This document shows, piece after piece, positions 25,248 to 31,720 of a stretch of DNA of 31,720 bases. The notes beneath the pieces are model-generated. The model was not told where the DNA came from. It made no database searches and saw nothing but the letters and a program-made list of their open reading frames with translations. Source of the stretch: a virus; IMG/VR virus record IMGVR_UViG_3300045988_054704; one strand, given 5' to 3'. The translations under genes were made by a program, and so were the position numbers. The number at the start of each line of letters is the position of its first letter. The first letter of the stretch is position 1.

Positions 25248-26447
25248 TTAAGCCGCTTTCTTCTTCATGACTACAAGCGAATTCAGTTCCAGAGATTTTC
25301 CATCGCAGATCATAACCGCCTTTGTAATCTCATCTTCTGTATCATTGTCCTCATACTTTTTAACAGTCATTGCATAATTCGTATTGAACATATAATCAGA
25401 CCAGTCATACAGGAATGCCACTGTAGTATCCGCTTCCGTTGCAGCTCCATAGCTATCCATATAGTCATTGAGCACGACTTTTCTTCCAAGAAGTGTGCGC
25501 TCCGGTTTTCCGTCAATTCCCTGGTTTACTCTTGCGATTGGCTGTCCGTTCGCATCCACTTCTCCGACAAATGCCATGAAGGTCTTTTTCGTCATATTCC
25601 AGACCGCACCATTTTCATACGCGAGCGGAAGTGCGGCTTCTGCTTCAACAAGTTTCTTGTATAAAGAATCTTTATCACCAACTTCGATGCTCTGTCCTTC
25701 CGGAGCTGTTTCATTTAAAATTCCTTTCGGTTTTCCTTCTCCATCTCCATTTACAATCGCTTCCTCCTGTGCTTTCACCATGGCTTCCGCAATGCTGTTT
25801 ACAAATACAGTTTCAAATACAGTAAGCGACATGGTTACTGCTTCCAGTGTCATTGAAATTGCACATCTCAGCTTGAAACCTCTTATATCAATGTAGCCGG
25901 TTGTCTTTTTCTGTTTTTCACTTGTTCCACCTTCTGCAACCCATGTTGCAACCGGTTTTACGCTTGAAGCTGGAATTCTTGCGCCTGGTGCAAAAGTGGT
26001 CTTCGTAACCAGTGGAAGAATCATACCGATTGATTCCATTTTTTCAATAATACGGCTAATCAGAACCGGTGCAATGACAGAACCGATATCTCCCGTTTTA
26101 GTCGGTCCGGCTTCATTTTTGAACTTCTCCGGAATCTTTGTTCCATTGACTACATAATTCATGAAGGCAATTCGATATTCCTGAGAGTTATAAATATTTT
26201 CCGGTTCTGAAACTTTTGCTCCAAAATCAGCCTTGCTGCCATTCTGTTCAAATACATTTAACGGTTTCGGTTCTTCATTCAGTGCTTTGAAATTCGCCTG
26301 TGCCTGCGCAATCGCATCCCATTTCTCATCCAGATCCTTTACTTCATCCATTTTAGAATCTGCTTCCTTGATCTTCCCTTCATTGATCAGACCTTCCGCT
26401 TCATCCATCAGTTTTTTTCTCATCGCTTCATACTGCTTTTTGTTCAT
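25248..26447 (-). CDS. Major capsid protein, HK97 family (with N-terminal delta-like region)
   Basis: 399 aa with an N-terminal coiled-coil 'KKQYEAMRKKLMDEAEGLINEGKIKEADSKMDEVKDLDEKWD'. It directly follows a ClpP-like protease gene. Confidence 0.9.
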   Translation of the reverse strand: MNKKQYEAMRKKLMDEAEGLINEGKIKEADSKMDEVKDLDEKWDAIAQAQANFKALNEEPKPLNVFEQNGSKADFGAKVSEPENIYNSQEYRIAFMNYVVNGTKIPEKFKNEAGPTKTGDIGSVIAPVLISRIIEKMESIGMILPLVTKTTFAPGARIPASSVKPVATWVAEGGTSEKQKKTTGYIDIRGFKLRCAISMTLEAVTMSLTVFETVFVNSIAEAMVKAQEEAIVNGDGEGKPKGILNETAPEGQSIEVGDKDSLYKKLVEAEAALPLAYENGAVWNMTKKTFMAFVGEVDANGQPIARVNQGIDGKPERTLLGRKVVLNDYMDSYGAATEADTTVAFLYDWSDYMFNTNYAMTVKKYEDNDTEDEITKAVMICDGKSLELNSLVVMKKKAA

Positions 26448-27133
26448 CTTTTTTCTCCCTTCAATTTTAAAAGTTTTAACTTCTGCAGTGCCACTTTATC
26501 CGGAACTTCCTCTCCGGATTCCATCATTTTTCTTGCCGCATTCATCTTTGTCTGATCCGGCAATTTGAACATAGGTCCTGCCACAAGCTGTAAGTTTGTT
26601 TCCTTTTCTTCAAACATAACCTTATCAATCAGTTTCTTTTCTTTCGCCTGATCTGCAGTCAGCCAGGTTTCATGCTCCATCATTTCGAGTGCCTCTTCCT
26701 GGCTCATTCCGCTCTTGGCAACATACGCTGTACTCAACGCATTGTCTGCTGTTCGCAGCGTTTCCGCCATATGTTCCATATCGCTGTGATTTCCTTCTGT
26801 GCCCGAAGAAACACAATGTACCATCATCAGTGCTGTCGGGGACATTTCACAATATCCTGCCATTGCCACAATCGATGCAGCACTGCAAGCCTGACCGGTA
26901 ATATAGATTTTCACATCTGCCGCACACTGCCTAAGCATAGTGTAGATTTCAGATCCTACATCAATGATTCCTCCTGGAGAATTTATCATGACCTCCACTT
27001 CGTCACCCGGCTGAACATTTTTCAGCACATCTGTTACATCTTTCGGAGCTGTGCTGTCCGCGCCGAACCAGTCATAATACCACTTATAATCGTTCGGGAT
27101 CATAACGCCTTTAATATCAATCCTGTATTTCAT
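26444..27133 (-). CDS. Prohead protease, ClpP-like (S14)
   Basis: 'INSPGGIIDVGSEIYTML', 'GQACSAASIVAMAG' and 'MMVHCVS'. It lies between the portal and capsid genes. Confidence 0.9.
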   Translation of the reverse strand: MKYRIDIKGVMIPNDYKWYYDWFGADSTAPKDVTDVLKNVQPGDEVEVMINSPGGIIDVGSEIYTMLRQCAADVKIYITGQACSAASIVAMAGYCEMSPTALMMVHCVSSGTEGNHSDMEHMAETLRTADNALSTAYVAKSGMSQEEALEMMEHETWLTADQAKEKKLIDKVMFEEKETNLQLVAGPMFKLPDQTKMNAARKMMESGEEVPDKVALQKLKLLKLKGEKR

Positions 27134-28394
27134 TCTTCTTATCGCCTCCTTCCGCAGAATCAAGTAATCTTGTTATAATTTCCGCAGTGACCATGTAATT
27201 TTTACTGTCCATTTTTCCCAAAGCTTCTTTCACCAGATTCACAACCTGCGTATCCAGTCTTCGTATCGGTTCGTCGCCACCCGGAATCGGAGCCATATTC
27301 AGCGTTGCTCTCCATTCATTCGGAAGCATTGCACCTCTGTCAACCATTGCTTGGAATGCCAGTTTTGTTGTAAGGCTTGCGCAGGAAAGATTGTTTGCTT
27401 CAAATTCGATTCGGTTTCCGAACCCCCGTTCCTTTCTGGTAAAGATTCCGGTTGTATAGGTCTGGTGCATCTGAACAACTTCCGGTTCTATCTCCGCTTC
27501 GTAATACGCATTCCATTCATCCTCGTTATAATCACTCTGGACAATTTTCTTGTTGGTATTGAAAAATGAATAGATTCTTTCGATTGTGCGATCCGTCTGT
27601 GCTGCATTTGGAACGTAATCTTTTGGTTCAATTCGCTCCACCTTTGCCTTCGCATCCACGCCAGCCGCCCCGAACGTATCCGTTTCAACAGCCAGATAAT
27701 TTTCAACGAACTTCTCAACATTTCTCTTGATGTCCTCTTCCCTCATTGATGAACTGTAAGTCAGAAGCCACCGTATGATCCCGCTGTTCTTGATTGCGCG
27801 GATCATCCCTTTGTCAATCGTGCCGATCACATTCATCATCTGCGTAAGTGCCGGCGCAGGACTGTCTCCGAAAATATCATCTTCGTTGTAATCGTGGCGC
27901 AAATGGATGATATCTGCATACCGAAATGTCCCACTTTTCCCATTACGATACAAAAATTTCAGGAACAATTCACCCGAGCTGTCATACTTTGCTTCGGCAG
28001 ACACACACGGGACTGGATACAACTGCACCGGTTTCTCGTTCTCATCCCGTACGATCAATATGAATGCATTATTATTCAAACATAACTGTGTAGCAACCTT
28101 TTCCTGCATCTGCTGTGCCGTCATATACGGGTTTGGTTCGGAAAGTAAAAATCTGATGTTCGCTTCCGTGTTTACCTTGATCCCGCCTTTCGGATCATCT
28201 CGGATATGTTTTCCAACCAGCTTTCCGATCGCTTTCACTTTCGGACGGATGCAGGCTCTTACAATATCACTTTCATATAACTTTCCATCCCACGCATAGT
28301 AATAATCACCTGTCATGGTAATCATCTTGATCATGTTATGCTCTGTTGCTTTTTCGTCTGTCTTTGTTGGTTCTCTTTTCCAAAATGGTTTCAT
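27117..28394 (-). CDS. Portal protein, HK97 family
   Basis: 425 aa between TerL and the prohead protease. RBS GGAGG. Confidence 0.85.
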   Translation of the reverse strand: MKPFWKREPTKTDEKATEHNMIKMITMTGDYYYAWDGKLYESDIVRACIRPKVKAIGKLVGKHIRDDPKGGIKVNTEANIRFLLSEPNPYMTAQQMQEKVATQLCLNNNAFILIVRDENEKPVQLYPVPCVSAEAKYDSSGELFLKFLYRNGKSGTFRYADIIHLRHDYNEDDIFGDSPAPALTQMMNVIGTIDKGMIRAIKNSGIIRWLLTYSSSMREEDIKRNVEKFVENYLAVETDTFGAAGVDAKAKVERIEPKDYVPNAAQTDRTIERIYSFFNTNKKIVQSDYNEDEWNAYYEAEIEPEVVQMHQTYTTGIFTRKERGFGNRIEFEANNLSCASLTTKLAFQAMVDRGAMLPNEWRATLNMAPIPGGDEPIRRLDTQVVNLVKEALGKMDSKNYMVTAEIITRLLDSAEGGDKKNEIQD

Positions 28395-28405
28395 GTTACC
28401 TCCAC

Positions 28406-28428
28406 AAAAATAAGAGCCTCCTGGCTCT
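28406..28428 (-). terminator. Weak terminator-like hairpin between TerL and portal
   Basis: On the - strand, AGAGCC-agga-GGCTCT is followed by TATTTTT, beginning right after the TerL stop codon. Confidence 0.3.
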
Positions 28429-30120
28429 CTAAATCAATGACATATATTCATTTATGTTATCCTGCATCACTACATAGGCATCCAACAACGCCGCTGTTCC
28501 ATCAATCCTTCTTCTTGGACTGCTTGTTTTGATCGGCTGTATGTTATCGTTTCTGTCAATATCTACTGCCGTATTGCACAAACACCATTTATCAACCGGA
28601 TTGTTGTTATACACGATCAGCTTTCTTTCCAGATCAGCTCCAAGACACTTCATCGGCTGCGATAAAGTCTTTTTTCCCTGAATCACCGGTATCATTGCTG
28701 ATTTTCCGAAATAGTCCTGCATATCTTCCACAAAATATTTTGCACTCCATGCATCATAGCCGAACATATTCAAATAAATATCTTGCTTTTCCTGTATTTC
28801 TACAAACCATGCTTTTACATCTCTGTAGGAAATCTTGTTTCCTGGACACGTCCGCACATATCCTTTTTCTATCCAGATATCGTATGGTACTTTGTCCTCT
28901 GTCACATGTTTGTCTACCAGTTCTTCTGGAATCCAGTACATGGAAATTACATAAATATGTTCATCATTCGGAACTTTAAACAATACTTTCGCTGCTGTTA
29001 AATCCGTTGTAGACGACAGATCGACTCCGCCGATTCCATATCTCGGCTTTAACACTTCCAGATCGTACTTTTCCGGATTATTCGCCTGTTCAAATGTGAG
29101 CCATGCCTCTGATGAAGTTTCCCTGATGTTGAACTCTTTACAAAGCAGATTTTTAACCATGATCGGATTTTTCTTGGCTTTTTCCACCTTGTCTTTCAAA
29201 GTTTTGGCATTCTTGATCGTTCCAAGTCCCGGATTTGCTTTCATCCAGCATTCTTCCTGCGTCCACTCTTTCCGATTGTCCAATTCATAAATAAATGCAA
29301 TCAGATGTTCGTCTTTGTAGCCATCTGGATCAAAATATCCATTGATCACATTCTCTGCCTCTTCATACTTTTGATCATAGATATCTTCCCGGATAGTTCC
29401 GGCTGTTGAAGTAATGCTGATCAGCGGCTGTTCCCTCGCTGTGATTCCATCCGCCATGATATCATACAAGGCTTTCCCCTGTTTCCACTGGTGGATCTCG
29501 TCCATTAGAACACAATGGATATTAAGACCATCCAGAGTATCACTATCTGAAGCCAAAGGTTTGAATACACCATCATTGAACTCTGTCGTAAGTTCTGCCA
29601 CCAGAGGTTTCACTCTTCTCAGAAGTGATGGTGATTTCTTTACCATTCTTTTTGATTCCAACCAGATAATCTTACTCTGATCTTTCTTAGTGGCAACCGC
29701 ATATACTTCCGGTCCCATTTCTCCATCAGCAGTAAGCATATAAAGACCAACTACAGATGCCAGAAGAGATTTTCCGTTTTTCTTTCCCACAATCAAGATC
29801 GATTCCCGGTATTTCCGATTGCCCTCAATATCAATAAATCCAAACACTGTTGCGAGATAAGCTTTTTCCCACAATTCAAGCAAAACTCTTTTCCCACCAA
29901 ATTTTCCTTTGGAATGTCTGCAATAATTTTCAGCAAACTCGATCACATGATTTGCTCGCTTAGGACTGTAATAATATTCTCCTGGGTTTTGAATATCATA
30001 AACAACTTTCTTGTAAGTCCGATACACCTTATTCGATACAATAATTTCTTTGTTCTGGATCTTTTCCCAGTATTCCAGAATCGGATTGTATTCCTCAGGG
30101 TATCTAATCATCCCTGCCAT
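28429..30120 (-). CDS. terL: Terminase large subunit (Terminase_1-like)
   Basis: Walker A 'VGKKNGKS' and Walker B-like 'CVLMDEIHQ'. 563 aa. Confidence 0.9.
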   Translation of the reverse strand: MAGMIRYPEEYNPILEYWEKIQNKEIIVSNKVYRTYKKVVYDIQNPGEYYYSPKRANHVIEFAENYCRHSKGKFGGKRVLLELWEKAYLATVFGFIDIEGNRKYRESILIVGKKNGKSLLASVVGLYMLTADGEMGPEVYAVATKKDQSKIIWLESKRMVKKSPSLLRRVKPLVAELTTEFNDGVFKPLASDSDTLDGLNIHCVLMDEIHQWKQGKALYDIMADGITAREQPLISITSTAGTIREDIYDQKYEEAENVINGYFDPDGYKDEHLIAFIYELDNRKEWTQEECWMKANPGLGTIKNAKTLKDKVEKAKKNPIMVKNLLCKEFNIRETSSEAWLTFEQANNPEKYDLEVLKPRYGIGGVDLSSTTDLTAAKVLFKVPNDEHIYVISMYWIPEELVDKHVTEDKVPYDIWIEKGYVRTCPGNKISYRDVKAWFVEIQEKQDIYLNMFGYDAWSAKYFVEDMQDYFGKSAMIPVIQGKKTLSQPMKCLGADLERKLIVYNNNPVDKWCLCNTAVDIDRNDNIQPIKTSSPRRRIDGTAALLDAYVVMQDNINEYMSLI

Positions 30121-30520
30121 TTACAAAATCCTCGAATCCATCATTTGTCTTGGTCGCCACCTGCTCTTTCGGTACCAAATCCGTCAGCTGCTTTATGACA
30201 GCCATATAGTTTTTGATCATTGTATTATATATTTCAACTTCTGCAGACTTCTTGACGCCTTTCTGGTTCGCACCATTCTGGTATTCTTCTGTGTAACCTT
30301 TTTCGGCAATCTTTTGTCGCAATTCATGTAGAGAAGCACCCATGAAAGCAGCCTCTTCTACGAGATTTTCTGTTGCTTTTTTTGTTTTTTCATCAAGCTT
30401 TTTATAGATTCCGCCAAGTTTTCTTTTCTCGGCCGCAATAATCTGTTCTTTGGTTTTCCCCTCGTATTTCGCCACTTTTCCCGGTTTCTCCTTCCTTTTT
30501 TCGTTTATTCTTTTCACCAT
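30104..30520 (-). CDS. Terminase small subunit (P27-family-like)
   Basis: 138 aa, overlapping the TerL start, lying between a GC-rich gap and TerL. Confidence 0.6.
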   Translation of the reverse strand: MVKRINEKRKEKPGKVAKYEGKTKEQIIAAEKRKLGGIYKKLDEKTKKATENLVEEAAFMGASLHELRQKIAEKGYTEEYQNGANQKGVKKSAEVEIYNTMIKNYMAVIKQLTDLVPKEQVATKTNDGFEDFVNGRDD

Positions 30521-30523
30521 TAC

Positions 30524-30585
30524 CTACACCCCCTCACGCGCGCGACCTGCGTGTTGCATGGAGGTAGGACTGTGGTCAGCCGTGA
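30524..30585. other. GC-rich intergenic patch, candidate cos region of module B
   Basis: The - strand reads 'cacggctgaccacagtcctacctccatgcaacacgcaggtcgcgcgcgtgagggggtgtagg'. It lies between HNH and TerS, as in module A. Confidence 0.35.
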
Positions 30586-30596
30586 TTTTTTACAAA

Positions 30597-30920
30597 TTAT
30601 TTTTCAGGGGGGAGTACGACCATTTCCCCCTCGCTATCAAATTCATATTTCACAAGACCGTCCGCCGGTCCATCTTTCATATTTTCTTTTTGATGGCAGA
30701 TATGGCAGTCATACTTTAGATTATTAAATCCTAACGCAATGTCCAAGTCACTGATGTTGTCCGGCGTCAGTTCTATCTTGTGATGTACGATGTATCCTGG
30801 TACTTCATGACAGGTCTCACACATTCCGCCGTCAATCGATATTCTCTTTGCTATGTATGCTCTTCTACAATCCTTCCATCTCTTTGAATTGTAGAACGCT
30901 CTTGCAAATTCTTTTGCCAT
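30597..30920 (-). CDS. HNH endonuclease (terminase-associated type)
   Basis: 'FYNSKRWKDCRRAYI', 'CETCHEVPGYIVHHKIEL' and 'NLKYDCHICHQKEN'. Confidence 0.9.
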   Translation of the reverse strand: MAKEFARAFYNSKRWKDCRRAYIAKRISIDGGMCETCHEVPGYIVHHKIELTPDNISDLDIALGFNNLKYDCHICHQKENMKDGPADGLVKYEFDSEGEMVVLPPEK

Positions 30921-30926
30921 TCATCT

Positions 30927-31133
30927 CTACCTTCTATTCATTACAGTTGCAAGCTCACCAAAAAGGCTTGATAATTCCAAGCAGTCTTCTTTTGTGAGTT
31001 GGTGAGAAAAATAATCATCACACTGTTCATTCAGATAAACTGCATTGTTTTCAAAGCATATTGAAAATATTCTATCTTCTTTCATCTTGTCCAATAGGCA
31101 TTTATGTTTATCAATTATCTCTTCTCTATCCAT
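30927..31133 (-). CDS. Hypothetical protein (68 aa), first ORF after the conserved leader
   Basis: RBS 'agaggaaagaaacc' precedes the ATG. No recognisable motif, and no counterpart in module A. Confidence 0.5.
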   Translation of the reverse strand: MDREEIIDKHKCLLDKMKEDRIFSICFENNAVYLNEQCDDYFSHQLTKEDCLELSSLFGELATVMNRR

Positions 31134-31300
31134 GGTTTCTTTCCTCTGACGGTTTCTGTATCTGTAATAAGGAGTTCTAAAAAAGTAATTGCAACAAACA
31201 AATGTACTGACGTATGAATAAATTCTTTCCAGAGTAAACCGCCAAACCTCTTTCCAGAATTTACGGCAAAGAAAAAGGCAACAATCTTTCGACTGCTACC
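31134..31300 (-). promoter_or_regulatory. Conserved noncoding late-operon leader (partner 419..585)
   Basis: See 419..585. The homology stops a few nt before the first start codon in both copies. Confidence 0.7.
31268..31300 (-). terminator. Intrinsic terminator-like hairpin after the regulator gene
   Basis: On the - strand, GGTAGCAGTC-gaaa-GATTGTTGCC is followed by TTTTTCTTT. Confidence 0.6.
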
Positions 31301-31326
31301 CCGTTTCAATTCTTTACCTGCATATA

Positions 31327-31719
31327 CTATATCACAGGTTGAGTGTCGCATTCTATCGCATATTTAAATTTTTTCAATGCATCTGAATGCTTTTTATGCA
31401 CATACTGCCAGCAATACCCGGTTCTTGCACAGATTTCTTTCCATCTCATAAGATCTATGTAATGATAAGTCAGGATATCTTTCTCTGTCTCGTCTTCCAT
31501 CTGCTCAATTCTTTCCCTGATTTCAGTCCGGATCCTAACTCTTTTCTTTCTCTGTTCCACCAGTTTCCGTTCCTGTTCGTCCACTTCTGCTGCATAATCC
31601 GACAGATCAGAAAGGTTGCTGCTTTTTGGCAGTCCATCTGCTGCCAGTGCTCCCGGAAGCATCCTATCCAGCTTTAAGCGTTCCAGCTCTTCCTCGATCC
31701 GCTTCTCCTGGCGTAATGC
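31327..31719 (-). CDS. Late-gene transcriptional regulator, RinA/ArpU-like with a sigma region-4-type HTH (5' partial)
   Basis: The ORF is open to the window edge. The C-terminus is 'DILTYHYIDLMRWKEICARTGYCWQYVHKKHSDALKKF'. It is a paralog of 2..367. Confidence 0.6.
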   Translation of the reverse strand, partial: ALRQEKRIEEELERLKLDRMLPGALAADGLPKSSNLSDLSDYAAEVDEQERKLVEQRKKRVRIRTEIRERIEQMEDETEKDILTYHYIDLMRWKEICARTGYCWQYVHKKHSDALKKFKYAIECDTQPVI

Positions 31720-31720
31720 T
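31594..31720. repeat. Right arm of terminal inverted repeat (partner 1..127)
   Basis: Reverse complement of 1..127 with 3 mismatches. The outermost 55 nt are perfect. Confidence 0.95.

Larger units (their letters stand above)
15043..31720 (-). mobile_element. Phage/prophage late module B: regulator, HNH, TerS/TerL, HK97-type portal + ClpP-like protease + capsid, siphovirus-type tail, tail tip/RBP
   Basis: Same functional order as module A on the opposite strand. The head and packaging proteins are not homologous to those of module A by eye. Confidence 0.85.

Noticed and set aside
31115-31351. 78-aa ORF on the - strand spanning the conserved leader, with a 43-aa ORF from the ATG at 455 in the left copy
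   Set aside because: The start codons are not shared (ATG versus GTA at the equivalent position). A 3-nt deletion plus a 1-nt insertion between the copies shifts the frame. The ORF also runs through the terminator hairpin. Conservation is at the nucleotide level, not the protein level.
1-31720. Whole window as a hairpin or palindromic assembly artefact, because the ends are reverse complements
   Set aside because: Only the outer 127 nt and the leader are near-identical. The interior arms encode different, non-homologous head and packaging genes, and the paralogous parts are only about two-thirds identical. It is therefore not a fold-back duplicate of one sequence.

Overview
The window is entirely phage-derived. 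It holds two complete late (DNA packaging, head, tail) operons that converge on each other, with no host genes, tRNAs, CRISPR arrays, integrase or lysis cassette.

Module A (+ strand, 1..15040) runs: RinA/ArpU-like regulator (5' truncated), HNH nuclease, GC-rich gap, TerS, TerL, SPP1-type portal, MuF/gp7-like minor head protein with an HExxH C-terminal domain, small ORFs, a tandem DUF2829 (Tad2-like) protein, scaffold, major capsid, neck proteins, major tail protein, G/GT chaperones, 622-aa tape measure, Dit, Gp37-like protein and RBP.

Module B (- strand, 31720..15043) has the same functional order but a different head lineage: regulator, small ORF, HNH, GC-rich gap, P27-like TerS, Terminase_1-like TerL, HK97-type portal, ClpP-like prohead protease, HK97-type capsid, neck proteins, two tandem major tail proteins, G/GT chaperones, a membrane-protein moron, a roughly 1356-aa tape measure, Dit, Gp37-like protein and RBP.

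The two operons meet stop-to-stop with 2 nt between them. Their outer ends are inverted repeats: the first 55 nt of the window are the exact reverse complement of the last 55 nt, and a roughly 165-nt noncoding leader is nearly identical in both. Their inner ends are paralogous tail-tip genes whose RBP C-termini diverge exactly at a 21-nt perfect inverted repeat.

The main candidate for something new is this nested inverted-repeat, dual-virion-module architecture. It could be invertible, or a single replicon with two virion programmes. Secondary candidates are the Tad2-like tandem protein, the MuF-HExxH fusion and the membrane moron.

All calls come from reading the ORF translations and the DNA by eye. 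No similarity search was run, so family names are recognition-level assignments and percent identities are rough estimates.
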